DNA of 64,000 bases from Octopus sinensis (taxonomy: Eukaryota), in assembly GCF_006345805.1 (NCBI RefSeq), contig NC_043007.1, positions 29,884,001-29,948,000 on the forward strand. Reading direction: 5' to 3'. This document shows, piece by piece, positions 27,424-40,613 of the stretch (positions are counted from its first letter, which is position 1; each line of letters starts with the position of its first letter). The translations under genes and the position numbers were made by a program. Below the pieces are notes generated by a model. The model was not told where the DNA came from. It made no database searches and was given only the letters and a program-made list of their open reading frames with translations.

Positions 27424-28407
27424 TTACACACACACGCGGATACATATACGCATTCATATCAGAAATAAGAGTTATTAATAAGAGATTAGTAATCATGAAC
27501 GAATCCAAAATGAATATCAGAAACAGCTGTAAGTCTATAATGCGCAAGTATATGTTCAAAGCTCGTCATTTATGCCTTTCTTCTTATGTATACATGTATA
27601 GCATTGTTCAGTTTTATTTCGTGATTTCTTGCCAATAGAGAAAAAACCGGTTTCTAACCTAGATCCAGGGCTTCTTCATTGGAATTTCAACATCAACAAC
27701 AGGGTATTTTTGCTCGTTTGTATGTATGTATGTATGTATGTATGTATGTATGTATGTATGTATGTATGTATGTATGTATATGTATGTATATATATGTGTG
27801 TATGTATGTATGTATGTATGTATGTATGTATGTATGTATGTATGTATGTATGTATGCATGCATATATGTATGTATGTCTGTATGTATGTATGTATGTATG
27901 TGTGTATGTATGTATGTATGTATGTCTGTATGTATGTATGTATGTATGTATGTATGTATGTATGTATGTATGTATGCGTGTGTGTGTGTGTGTGTGTATG
28001 TGCGTGCGTGCGCGCGTGTGTGTATAGGTGCATGTGTGTGTTTGCGTATATGCACTTTATATAAACAACGACTGTGTTAAAAAGGCAGCATGTGGGGTAC
28101 AAAGAAAATAGTGGTCACATGTTTTAGCAAAAAGTTGTAGATGAAATTAAACTGTTGTGAAGAATAAAAGTTCGACGTTTCGGATAATTGTCATTCTTCC
28201 GTAGCTGTGGTATTCGCCTCTGTATTACTTCTCTCCGAAGACGGTGAATAACGTTGGATAAGGAATGACATACAGGAGTATTTTGTGGTACACTATGTAG
28301 ATTGGTACAGTTAAATGATAATGATAATAATAATGATAATAATAATGATAATAACAATAATAATAATAATAAAGGGCTGGTAGAAGAGTTATATACTTTA
28401 AGCGTTC

Positions 28408-28459
<52 letters not shown>

Positions 28460-28516
28460 ATGTATGTATGTATGTATGTATGTATGTATGTGTGTATGTG
28501 TGCGTGTGTGTTTATG

Positions 28517-28547
<31 letters not shown>

Positions 28548-29693
28548 CTTAGTTACCAAAGTCACTACCGAAATTGCAATTTCCCAAGTGTGAACATAAT
28601 TCTTGATCAACAGGAATTAAATATACGCTTCGGTACATTTCTAAAAATATTTCTGAGAAATTTCTGTGAAATTCTCCGTGGGTCAGTCATTAGGAATCAG
28701 TTTTGATCTGGAAAATAAAAAAAAAGAAAAACATCAAAGAAATGGAAACGAAATTAAAATTAATTGAAAGAAAAAAAATACCATTTCAAAAAAGAACACG
28801 CATGGGAAAGAGTAAATAAAGGATAGGTCGGTTAATGGCATCACGTTTAAGAGATGGAATTATAACTTTGTTAACTGGAATCGTTATAGAAATATATGTG
28901 AGTTCGTGTCCCAAGGGCAACCTTCGACTTTTTTTTTAATCCAAAAAGGGTTTATCAACTCATATTTATAGCTTTGTGCTTCGAGATCCACTATACCGAA
29001 AAAACCCCGAATTATTTCAAGTTCATAAAATTCTTATCATATCAGCAATGTGTGTGCGTGTATGTGTATGTGTGTGTGTGGTACGAAAGATACTCATAGA
29101 GACCCATAGGTGAATTAATCCCAACATGTGCAGTTGACAATCCTTTAACCGAAATGCTTAGGGACGGAAGCATCTTGTATTCGAAAGGATTGTAAATTTG
29201 CATCTTTAAACGGGTGCCAAGACTAAAACAGCAGCAGGAAGCAGCTAAACGTCACATCCGCTTTTCAGTTTTCGTTCTTACCTCACATCTATAAACACCC
29301 GTCTTGAGAGGAAAACGAAATGAATAAAAGAAATATGAAAAGAAAAAGAAAACTTTGCCATTTCACGATGCTGCAGCAGAACTTCTTTAACTTAGATTTT
29401 TGTAGTTGAATCGAAAACATAGTGAGAAGGCGAGAGAGTGCAGTGTCGGAATGTAATCGCCTGAATTTAAAATATGAACCTTAAACGTTATACTGTTATG
29501 TTGCACACAACCATTACATGTCTAAGGTTATAAGCCTGGCACAACATTAATGTTTCGGTTGAAGCAGAAATCATTGAAACAACGGGGTTTTCTCATTTGG
29601 GGGATGGAAATTTAAATTTTCATTCCATTAGATTATTTAATTAGATAAGTTCGAATTTAGAATTTTTAAAGTTGCATTAAATCCCTCTTTGTA

Positions 29694-29785
<92 letters not shown>

Positions 29786-29862
29786 CATGCATATATAGAA
29801 ACATATGCCCGTATGTATGTGTGTATGTTTATGTGTGTTTGTGTGTGCCTGTGTTCGCGCAC

Positions 29863-29899
<37 letters not shown>

Positions 29900-30328
29900 C
29901 ATAAATGTTCGTTTTTATATATTAAAAACAATTGTAAAATAATCTAAATACTAAAGAATTACACACGTTTCTTTCATACTTTACGCGTTTATTGAACTTT
30001 TACAAGGAAAAGATAAACAGTGGATTCAAAGTTTCGACTTGCTCACCTTCGTCAGGCTGTTCTTTACTGAGGTTCTTTTGGACTTTGTATAGTCTTTGCC
30101 AAGTTCTTTCCGTTGGGGCGGGAGCGGTTGTGCTATGTAAATTGATAATTAGGTATGATGGAAGGAGGTCGGGGGAGTAGTTGTGTAGAAGGTGCTTGTA
30201 GGATGTGGACTGAAACTATATATGCGATACATATATATATATATATATATATATATTATTTAAAGGAATTCCAACTCTGTCTGTTTTTTATGTTTTATTT
30301 ATATTCTTTATAATATTAATGTAGAATA

Positions 30329-30845
30329 TCTATATATATAAAACTGTAGTTGTGTGAGTGTCTGTCTCCTACGATTTAGATTCCTAAATCCTCCCACATT
30401 TTGCGGTGCAGTTTAACCAAATTCCAGTATCTTATAGTCGTGATTAATATCAAGCCCGTCTGGCTATTAGCGCGCGTCTACGATGAGTCTACGATTTTAA
30501 AAATAATTTAACATCATTTTTTATTCCATTTTAATGCATAATTTTTCGTGTGTCGATGGCGGCGGAGTTGGCGTCCACGCTCAAACACCTGCACCTGCGT
30601 TTGCTTCTCCCCCTTCTTCCCTCCCTCGTGAAGCTGTGGGGAAGGGAGTTTAAGGAAATCAACGTCGTAATGCGTTGTCAAGGAGACCAGCGTTCTTTTA
30701 GAACAACGACTTCATGGCTTAAAGACACCAAAACAGAAATGGCTAAGAAAGCCCGAATTGGCATCTATAAAAGAAGTAACTCTCTAAAAATGCTTATATA
30801 GTTATTTCCCTTACAAACCCGAGCAACGCCGGGCGATACTGCTAG
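30329..30845 (+). mobile_element. Non-autonomous Helitron
   Basis: Starts A|TCTATATATATAAAA and ends with hairpin CCCGAGCAACGCCGGG followed by CTAG; no TIR or TSD. Confidence 0.7.
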
Positions 30846-31327
30846 GAGAATATATAGTATAAATAATATATATATATAGTAAAATGAAAGGAAGTGTTGA
30901 TTGTCTTATTGAATAGATGAAATGTTGAATATCAGATATTAAGGGACTAGTGTACTTTCATGCGTTATAGCAGTCTTCAAGGTCCCAGGTTGTGACAGGA
31001 GTGTTTCAACTGTTTCAACTATATATATATATATATATATCGATATTTACATACACACACGCGCACGCGCAAATTCTATTTTAAAGTATGAGAACAATAT
31101 CGATTTTTAGCGCAGGCACCATGTCATGAATTACTTCGACCTCATTCCTCAACTGGTAAGTTTATTTCATCGATCCCAGAATGATAAAACACCAAATCGA
31201 CTTCCGCAAGATTTGAACTTAGAAGTGAAAGAGACATGACAATCCATCGCCCCGCGGCCCCTTCCAACATTTTGTCCCTCGTTCCACCAGCTTGTCATTT
31301 GAAACAACATTAATCAATGGTTAATGT

Positions 31328-31650
31328 GAAGGTGCGTGGCTTAGTGGTTAGGGTATTCAACTCACGATTCGTAAGGATTTCAGTTCGATTCCCGGCGGCA
31401 TGTTGTGGCCTTGAGCAAAACACTGTATTTCACGTTGCTCCAGTGCACTCAATTGGCAAAAATGAGTTGTACCTTTATTTCAAAGGGCCAGTCTTGCCAC
31501 ATTCTGAACCTCCATGAGAACTATGTCCATGGTGCGCATGTCTGCGAAATGCTCATCCACTTACACGTTCGTTTCAAGAGCTGGCTGTTCCGTTGATTGG
31601 ACAAGCTGGAACACTCGTCGTCGTAACCGACGGAGTGCCAGTTAATCAAT
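31328..31650 (+). mobile_element. tRNA-headed CORE-like SINE (OR-like)
   Basis: A-box TGGCTTAGTGG, B-box GTTCGATTCCC, CORE-like GGCCTTGAGCAAAACACT; homolog at 6270-6545. Confidence 0.78.
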
Positions 31651-32578
31651 AATTAATATTGATTTTCCTTGCCAAGTAATTAATTTTCATTAACTTCATA
31701 ATGTTGCTTCTATTAAATATGTTGACACTAAATGAATTTCTGGGATTAGCACATTGCAACAGCCGCCCCATATCGCGCACTTAAGATGGGTCGCAGTTAC
31801 CCCGATTTTGCGGAGGAAATCTGCAGAACGCCTCAAGTCTCGATGGCGACCGGCACAAACTGATGACCACCGGTCAGTCACCTCCGTTCTTTTATATTTC
31901 TCTTGTCTGCATTTCGAGCATCGATATCCGGGTTTGCCACCGATGCAACGATGCTGGAGTCGCAGAATTTGTCGCAGCACGTCGCGTCCCACGTGAACCA
32001 TTATACAAGTAGAATGTTAAGTTCTCATAAGACGAATGACTCTGGAATACTTTTGCCACCGACGGGTAACATCAGCAAATATGGCAGACATGCAAGAATT
32101 ATAAATCAACATTCATCAATTTTTTTATGCTCAAAGAAAATTATGACAGGAATACATAAGAAAAATATTCATTATCTTAAAATAAAATTAAATAGACTTA
32201 TTTCTCATTTGTATAACCCCTCCCACAACGACTATCACTTACTCCCCCTCCTCTTTGCGTATGGTTCCTTCTCTCTTACTGTGTGTACTCATTGCGTGTC
32301 ACCAAGCCTAGTATGTACACTTTAGCCTGCATTCTCTCTTCCTTTTATCCCCCCTCTCTCCGTTCTCTATACGATGTAAAGTGTGACTGGAAAAAGCAGC
32401 CAACCAACCAACCAACCAACCAACATTCGTATCAGTTGTTTTTATTGTTGCTCGTTGATGGATATGGATTTTTTCATTAACGAATAATAATTTCTAATTA
32501 TCTTTTTGATGATCGATGCATTTTGTGAATTGATAGGTGGCGGTTGGTAATGAAGGTACAGTATTGTGATTCTGTGAA

Positions 32579-32641
32579 ATATAATATAATATAATATAAT
32601 ATAATATAATATAATATAATATAATATAATATAATATAATA
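32579..32641. repeat. (ATAAT)n pentanucleotide microsatellite
   Basis: Directly visible. Confidence 0.9.
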
Positions 32642-33456
32642 GAATGGAAAGCAAAGACGAAATGGAAACAAAAAAAAAAAGAAAAAAGGAGAGAAAAAAT
32701 GATTTAGAAATGAATTAGTTCTGATTTCGGTCGGGGGTCAACAATTTCGAGGTGAAAGGTAAAGCGATTCCAGTTCTTGGTTGCTATTTAATTTTAACGA
32801 TCCCGAAAGAATAAAAATCGATGTTGACCTCAGCGGGATTTGAACTCAGAGACAAAACAAATAATGCATAATATATAAAGCATCGCTGTTTCTGACGAGC
32901 AAACGATTCGGCCAGCGTCGCCGGAGGAGGATTAGAGGAACTACTGAAAGCTGAGAGGGGGGGGATGAGTTGGAGAAACGATTGGGAAAGGAAAGAGATG
33001 CAGAGAGAAAGAGAGAGCGAGAGAGAGAGAGGGATAGGGAGAGGTAGAGAGAGAGAGGGATAGAGAGAGGAAAACAAGAAATGAACTGAGTAGAAAACCG
33101 GAACCGGAAACATAAGTATAATATATAAACAAGATAAAAAAAAAGCGGCAAACTGGAAGTGAAAGTAGCTTTTGGAAACGAGGCTGGCAAATTGTGAAGC
33201 TGACAAGAACGCGTTGCGCCTAGGCGTGCGCGCGCGCGTGAGTGTATTGATTTATTTTTCTTTGGTAGGAGAGAAGAATTTAGGGGAGAGGCGGGGATTC
33301 AATCATAATGGGAGAGAGAATATAAGGAGAGGCAGTAGTAGTAGTAGTAGTAGAGAGAGAGAGACAGAGCAAGGGAGAGAGAGAGAGAATGGAGTGGGAT
33401 AAATCGTTTTGATAGAGAGGGATAGAGAGAAGAGGGGGTAGTAAAGATTATTTATG

Positions 33457-33538
<82 letters not shown>

Positions 33539-34230
33539 AGAGGAAGTTGTTAAGAGCAATATTTAGACTCGCGATGCCGAGTTGTTTAGCACCAGGTCAA
33601 TCCTGGTCGAATAGATTAATGATTAACGTTTGCTTGACATTAATGATTGAAGCCTCTTCGGCCATGACTATCATGTCCTTCAAGGTGTATGAAAAACTGC
33701 ATTATCGAATGTGTCACTTTCGCAAAAAAGAAGACTTGACTACTATTTCTAGCAAGACGACGGCGATGTCGAGGATACTTCCTGAAAGTGGCATCTTGAG
33801 GTGGTGGCGTGTGGAAGTGAGGTGTACGGAAGTGGAGTGAGTTGTGGTGCATCATGGGTATGTTGTGATCTGGCGTGACAGGTTGTCGTTTGGTATTAGC
33901 AGTGGTCACGTGTCAGCTTCACTCTCATTAAACATTGACTTGAGTTGCTGAATAGAGATGGTAAACCACAACTAGACAACTACGTTTACATGTGATGCTC
34001 ACGACACACACACGTGAGTATAACAAAGACGAATAAAGGTGTATTAAATACCACACGAAATAATTTTTTGATTTAATTGAAATTATTTCTGCTTCCAGAG
34101 AAGATGGAACAATGGTGACAAGTATGACCAACTCCAAAAGAAGAGAGGACACGATTCCAACAATCAAGAATTCTTCAAAATATGCGATTAAAGAAAAGAC
34201 AGACTGAGTGTCTGAGGGTAAGAGGAGAAC

Positions 34231-34271
34231 CGTGGACACGTGTTTCTCTCTCGATAAGCATCGTCAGCACA
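34231..34271 (-). ncRNA. Minimal type I hammerhead candidate, 'ACGT' family copy 1
   Basis: Minus strand TGTG-CTGACGA-TGCTTATCGAGAGA-GAAAC-ACGT-GTC^CACG: intact core, canonical GUC triplet, palindromic stem III, 4-bp stem I, weak stem II. Confidence 0.6.
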
Positions 34272-34728
34272 TCACTTGGCATGACCGGTCTCCCCTCTAC
34301 TAATATACCAAGTCGTAGGACAACGGGAAACTCATCCACCCGGTACAAACACCACAAAAACACACCACACATATTGTCTACTACAAGGACTAACTGCAAT
34401 CTGGTTGTGAGATGGATGAAAATGTCTTTTTAAAAATCTCGCAAAACACAACGCAGCATCCACTACAACTAACCACAAACTCATGGTTAGAATATATTAC
34501 AAGGATTTCAAATTTTGGCACAAAGCCAGCAAGTTTAGGGGAGGGGGAAAGTCGATTACATCAATCCCAGTATACAACTGGTACTTCTTTTATCGATTCC
34601 AAAAAGGATTAAAGGCAAAGTCGACCTCGGCGGACTCTGCACTCAAAACGTAAAAACAGTCGAAATGCCGCTAAGCATTTTGGCCGGTGGGCTAACGATT
34701 CTGCTAGTTCACCGACTTAATAATAATG

Positions 34729-34785
<57 letters not shown>

Positions 34786-34787
<2 letters not shown>

Positions 34788-35886
34788 CAGGCAAAGGAAT
34801 ATCTAAGTGAATTCCGAATACAAAAAATTCCAGAATTAAACGTACTAGAAACAAGCTAAGGCATGAAAATCCATGCTAAAACTGCTGCCTTTGATATTCT
34901 GAATGATAAATGGCAAGAAAAACCTCTCAATGGCAAATACCCAAAGAGAGGTAATAATGCCGATGTTGACAAAGCCCTTACCCATCACTGGCTAATGACT
35001 TCTGGCTTAAAATCAGAAACAAAAAAGTTTATCATAGCAACCCAAGATCAATGCCTACTTACAAGGAACTACCAGGTCAACATATTAAAGAACGGCAGTA
35101 GTCCAACATGTCATGTATGTAAAGAACAAAATGAAACCATTGATCATGTTGTCTCCATGTGCAGTTTTCTTGCACCTGCAGAGTCAGCAGGCATGATAGA
35201 GCTGCACAATATATTCAATGGGTAATTTGCAAAAACCTGTACTTGTCCCATGATAAAAACTGGTGGGACCACAAACCACCCCCAGTGCTTGAAAATGACC
35301 ACATCTCACTCCTCTGGAACTTCACCATTCAAACTGACAGAAAGATAGATGCAAATAGGCCAGACATCATATTGAAAGACTTCAGATAAAAATCATGCCT
35401 CCTCATTGATATGACTGTCCCAATCGATATAAACGTATCTGTCAAGACCTACCAAAAACTGAGCAAATATAAAGATCTTGAAATAGAAATTAGCAAAATA
35501 TGGAACCTGAAAACTAGAACAATACCTGTTGTCATAGGTGCCCTGAGAATGCTAGCAAAAGGGGCTGATTGCTACCTAGCTCAGATATCGGGAAACCTGA
35601 AAATGGCAGAAATTCAAAAGATAGTGCTCATGGGAACTGGCCATATCCTACGCAAAATACTTTCTATGTAATCTAAAATTTTAAAACAAACACATAATTT
35701 TCTTATGGTTTCTTAAACATTCTCTAGAACAACACTATGTACAAAACTAAATATATGGCACCCTAGGCATAACACCAACATGAACTTCTAACTTGTTGTC
35801 TCTTGTGGTCTCTGGGTGAGACTTGGAGCCAACTTGTACAAATGTAAAGCAACAATCAAACAACAACAACAACAACAATAATAATA
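34786..35886 (+). mobile_element. 5'-truncated R4/Dong-like LINE inside (TAA)n
   Basis: WQEKPLNGKYP..LKSETKKFIIATQDQCLLTRNY..CHVCKEQNETIDHVVSMC..RPDIILKD; preceded by a long (TAA)n and followed by (CAA)n(TAA)n. Confidence 0.9.
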
Positions 35887-36144
35887 GGAGTGTAGACATC
35901 CTAATATCAATTGATTTCGCTTTCTGTGTCGAACCAACACAGAAAGCGAAATCAATTGATGGGGGGGGGGGGCGGTGTCTACACTTCTACTTGTATTTCT
36001 ACAAATGGGAAGACTGTTTCAAAATATATTGCTATATTCTCCGTGAATGTTTATGTATTGTGAGAGACGCGTGGCTTCGGAGAGTTTTAAGTTTTCTTGC
36101 AAGCAAACAGGTACATATTATACTCTGACTTTTTATATATATAT

Positions 36145-36329
36145 ATTGCACATTTGGATTATGTTTGTTGGTCACTTTATCATTATTTAAAAAAAAAATA
36201 ATGACAACTTATTTGAATTTTGAATATATATATATATATTATATATATATATATATTGCACATTTGGATTATGTTTGTTGGTCACTTTATCATTATTTAA
36301 AAAAAAAATAATGACAACTTATTTGAATT

Positions 36330-36345
<16 letters not shown>
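36145..36345. repeat. Direct duplication of an about 110-bp unit separated by (TA)n
   Basis: ATTGCACATTTGGATTATG... at 36145 and 36255, identical. Confidence 0.9.
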
Positions 36346-36364
<19 letters not shown>

Positions 36365-36367
<3 letters not shown>

Positions 36368-37251
36368 GGTGCAATGGGTTGTCACCATTTTATATTTTAA
36401 TTTCGCGTACGCACCTTGTTTGTTTTTGATTTTGTCGACTACACAGTACAGTAGGGTCAGTTGGGCACATGTGAGAAAAGCAGCATCATGACGCAATTCA
36501 CTCAGCCAGATATTTGGAAACAACATGCTGTACTGTTGGGCATTCGTGCCGGAAGCTCCAATACACACATCTCAAAGTGTTTGGGTGTCGATCTGAGCAC
36601 AATGTAATCTGAGGATATGCACCAAGAGTGTTAAAAATGAAACATCCAGTCAACATCATGGTGTTTGGAGGGATCACTAGTGATGGCGACGTTATGCCTC
36701 CATTCATCTTCCCACATGGCCTCAGACACAACACGGAAGACTACATTAAGTGTCTGGAGGAGGCAGTACTGCCCTGGGTGAAGAGGGTGACTGCTGGAAG
36801 ACCCTATGTCTGGCAACAGGACTCTGTACTATGCCACACGAGCAGGAGAATCCAGTCATGACTGTCTGACAATTTCTGTGACCACATCACCCCTAACATC
36901 TAGCCACCTAACTCCCCAGACTGCAGCCCCCTTTATTATTTATCATGTGTGGGGCGCAGTTGAGCGAGGGACCAACAAAACTTCTTGTAACACCAAAGAT
37001 GAACTGAAGGCAGGAATTATAGCAGCATTTACCAACTTAAACAAGGAGACCGTCCAGAAGAGTTGTAGGAGAATCCGAAGTCGTCTGGAGGCCGTGGTTG
37101 AAACCAATGGCGATTGTATTGAATAAATTTACTCTTTAGTATTTCAAGATATTTTTTATGTAATTTTGGTAAATATAATCTGCTAAAATGAGATGTTGGT
37201 GGTATTTTCATTTTTGCGTAATTTAGACGACAGTTTATTCACCGCATCCTA
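36365..37251 (+). mobile_element. Internally deleted Tc1/mariner-superfamily transposon, maT (DD37D)-type
   Basis: TA|CAGGGTG start; KHPVNIMVFGGITSDGDVMPPFIF..YVWQQDS..PPNSPDCSP..VWGAVE..LEAVV..NG. 37 residues separate the QQD aspartate from the inferred third acidic position (itself mutated here). TIRs are degenerate. Confidence 0.8.
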
Positions 37252-37274
37252 TATGTATGTATATGTATATGTGT

Positions 37275-37317
<43 letters not shown>

Positions 37318-37549
37318 CTACACATATCTTTTATCTTTCACCTGTTTCGGTCATTATACTGCGGCCATGCTGGGGCACCGCCTTTTAGTTGAATGAATTG
37401 ACTCCAACACTTAATTATTTAAAGCCTGATACATACTCTATCAGTCTCTTTTGCCAAACCACTAAGTTACAGGGATGCAAACCAATACCTGCTGTCAAGC
37501 AATAGTGGGGACAAACACAGATGCAAAGGCACACATACATAGATGTATG

Positions 37550-37582
<33 letters not shown>

Positions 37583-37703
37583 AAAAAATAATTAAGATTC
37601 AGTTGAATTAGGTACTTAAATTGAAGCACCAAGCCATTTCGTTATAGTCTGCGCAGCTTGGTGAATAAAAGGCAAATAAGTAACAAGGATGTCCAAGTGT
37701 CAA

Positions 37704-37790
37704 TGCATTACGGCCGTTTCAAGCGGCTTCATTAAATCGATCAATGAAAACATTGCATCAATTTAAAAGAAACCGTTCTCCTCAGACGCA
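37704..37790 (-). ncRNA. Type I hammerhead candidate, 'GGCC' family copy A
   Basis: Minus strand TGCGT-CTGAGGA-GAACGGTTTC..GAAGCCGCTT-GAAAC-GGCC-GTA^ATGCA: intact core, 5-bp stem I, 9/10 stem II pairs. Confidence 0.72.
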
Positions 37791-37916
37791 GACGACCATA
37801 TTGATTTCCAACATAAAGGATAAACCATTTTAATAGAACAATTTACATCAATACTAGAAACCAAAATAGTTACATTGTTACCCTTTGCTATGTTTATTGA
37901 AAATCTATATGCTCGT

Positions 37917-38003
37917 CTGCTCTGAGGAGAGCGGTTTCTTTCAAATTGATGTAATGTTTGCATTGATCGATTAGATGGTGCCGCTTGAAACGGCCGTAAT
38001 GCA
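37917..38003 (+). ncRNA. Type I hammerhead candidate, 'GGCC' family copy B (inverted partner of copy A)
   Basis: TGCT-CTGAGGA-GAGCGGT..GCCGCTT-GAAAC-GGCC-GTA^ATGCA: intact core, 7-bp stem II, 1-nt deletion in stem I. Confidence 0.62.
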
Positions 38004-39358
38004 CTGATACCTGGACATACTTTTATTTGCTTTGTATGTATGTATGTATGTATGTATGTATGTATGTATGTATGTATGTATAAGTATATGCATGACGGGC
38101 TTCTTTCAGTTTCCGTCCACCAAATCCAATTACGAGGCTTTGGTCGGCCTGAGGCTATAGTAGAAGACACTTGTTCAAGATGCTTCGCATTAGGACTGAA
38201 CATGTAACCATGTGACTGGGATGCCAACTTTCCAACCACATGGTTCCGGGTTCAGTCACGCCCTGCGCATATTTTAGTACATGAAAATTGTATATTCCGT
38301 TTGAAAACTTGTTGATATAAGCCATGGGAACGGATGCGGTGAACGAAGGTTAAATAAAACATGTATCTTGTATATATTTCACTGTATTAGGTTTCTATAT
38401 GTCATAAGACGGGTATATATAATAGATATGTCATACAGCTATATATATATATATATAAAATAGAAGAAACTCGAATTGCTGCCGTGTGGTTTCGAGTTCA
38501 GTTCTATTGCGCAGAATCTTGGTCAGGTTTCTTCTACTACAGCCCTGGACTGTGAATGAATTTGGTAGACAGAAACTGTGTGGAAGCCTAACGTGTATGT
38601 GTGTGTATTTTGTTTGTCCTCCCACACTGCATTACAACTGGTGTTGATTGTTTATGTCCCCAGTAACTTAGCGGTTCGGTCAAAAACCGATAGAATAAAT
38701 ACGAAACTTTATTAAAAAAATAAGTACTAGGTTCGATTCGTTCGACTAAATTCTTGAAGGCGGTGCCCCAGCATGGCCATAGCCCAATGACTGAAACAAG
38801 TGAAAGATAAAAGATATGCGTATGGAATACATGCTACATTGATTATTGACAAAATACAATACTTTTTGGTAAATAAACTTCGATCAGAACGAAGCCTGTC
38901 GAGATACGTTACGCTTCAAAAATTGTAGATGAAAAGTATTTTGTATGTCTGTTATGGAGATGTTGTCCTCCTCCGTTTCACGTTTTATTCACTTCTTTAC
39001 CGAAAGAGTAAAATGTATTTTCATTTAAATTAATTTCTTTATAAAACTTGTGGAAAAGTTAATTAAAAAACCAGGCAAATAATGGCGAAATTAACCTAAG
39101 TCTATGACTCTGCTTACGTTTCAGTGCACGAAGTTATCTTCAGTATTGCCTGTATTTATAAGGAAATCCATGCCACTTGTAATACAAACAATTTAAGATA
39201 TTTCAGCGACTAGAGGATGTGAGATAATTACTAAATGTCAATTAAAATTAACTCCAGTTGAGAAGGTGAGATAATCTCGAGATTTAAAAATTCTCCAAAG
39301 TTGACTGACGTACCATTAAGGAAAAGGCCATGTTTATTGTGTGGAGATAAAAAGACAG

Positions 39359-39401
39359 CCATGGACACGTGTTTCTGACTCAGGAGCCACCATCAGCACA
39401 G
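39359..39401 (-). ncRNA. Minimal type I hammerhead-like motif, 'ACGT' family copy 2 (A9->G)
   Basis: Minus strand CTGTG-CTGATGG-TGGCT-CCTG-AGTCA-GAAAC-ACGT-GTC^CATGG: all three stems form; one core substitution. Confidence 0.55.
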
Positions 39402-39789
39402 AAATTGCCTGACCTTATCTTCAGTAGTCAAAGGACCTGGGTAGTTTGAGAGTCAAAAATATGAGAGTCAAAAGTCGAAAAAGTATATATATTCTGTTTC
39501 GTTCGTAAGTTCTTAGCTGAAGAGTCTTCGACCAAAACAGATTATTTTAGTGCCCCACCCCCCACGGTTATGGATTAAGCGAATGTGTATAAGTGTGTGT
39601 ATGTGTGTGTGCGCGTGCTCGCTCGCGCTCGGGAGTCAGGACGAAAACTGTTACAAACGATTCTAGATTATCCAAAATAGCAAGAATATATTGCCCAAAT
39701 CGCAAAAAGACAAAAACCCCAAAAGGTCTTACCTTATATATGTAGACACACACACAAAATGTCGATGTATATAGGTATTCCATTTGTGT

Positions 39790-40098
39790 CTAGCCACGTT
39801 TGTGAATCGTGTCGTCGCCGTCATCGCCGTCATCAGCCGATGCTTTCATCGGTTTCAACGCTATGAGATTTGGATTCCAGAATTTGTAGTAATAAATCGA
39901 CATAACCAACGACAGCAAACACACCATAACCACATAGATAAAAACCACCAGAATTTTACCAATCATTTCGGAATATTTCGTCTGTTTTTCAGGTGTCATT
40001 TTCGAAGATATTTCTGCTTCGTTCGAATCAACATCGTTCGTTTGTTCTGCTGTGTCCTGCACCGAACGAGAGCGTAATTCGGTATCGTCGGCCGACAT
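39790..40098 (-). CDS. Divergent InaF-motif-like small membrane protein, 102 aa, single ORF
   Basis: ATG in AAA-ATG context; one hydrophobic helix. GKILVVFIYVVMVCLLSLVMSIYYYKFWNPNL aligns without gaps to the InaF motif of the 8042-8329 protein (12/32 identical, including Y, IYY, W-x-P). Confidence 0.72.
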   Translation of the reverse strand: MSADDTELRSRSVQDTAEQTNDVDSNEAEISSKMTPEKQTKYSEMIGKILVVFIYVVMVCLLSLVMSIYYYKFWNPNLIALKPMKASADDGDDGDDTIHKRG

Positions 40099-40570
40099 TT
40101 TGGATTTATTTCAATGTCCGAAGAACCAACCAACAATATTATCAATATTATTAATATATATATATATATATTTGTATACGTATATTATATTGTATTATGA
40201 AGTATGTTATGTACAACGTTGTACTGTTCCCAATTGCATTGTGTTGTTACAGTGCAATGTTATACGACATCATATTGTTAAGGTATTGTATTTTGACACT
40301 TGATGTTTATGCCATGCAATGGACCGTTGGCTGTGAGGCAGTCATGAAGTGTTGCTTGGCCACAGACTCGACACTGTGCTGTGTATGTTGTATACCTCGT
40401 CTCCTATTGATGTTATATCTTCAACTAAATCGACTTTACATCGATAAACAACAACAACAACAGCAACAACAACAACAACCACAATTAACTAACACAGTGT
40501 GTGAACACTGACGACATGTGTTGGGGACAGACTGCAGTCAAAGACACTCGATAATAACAACAACAACAGC

Positions 40571-40613
<43 letters not shown>

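Noticed and set aside
31328-31400. tRNA-like A-box/B-box sequences
   Set aside because: They run directly into SINE bodies and lack a complete cloverleaf; these are SINE heads, not tRNA genes.
39115-39143. Minus-strand CTGAAGA..GAAAC-GTA core, and similar partial motifs at about 28180, 30040, 39517 and 42920
   Set aside because: Core words are present but stems do not form or key core bases are mutated; cannot be distinguished from chance by eye.
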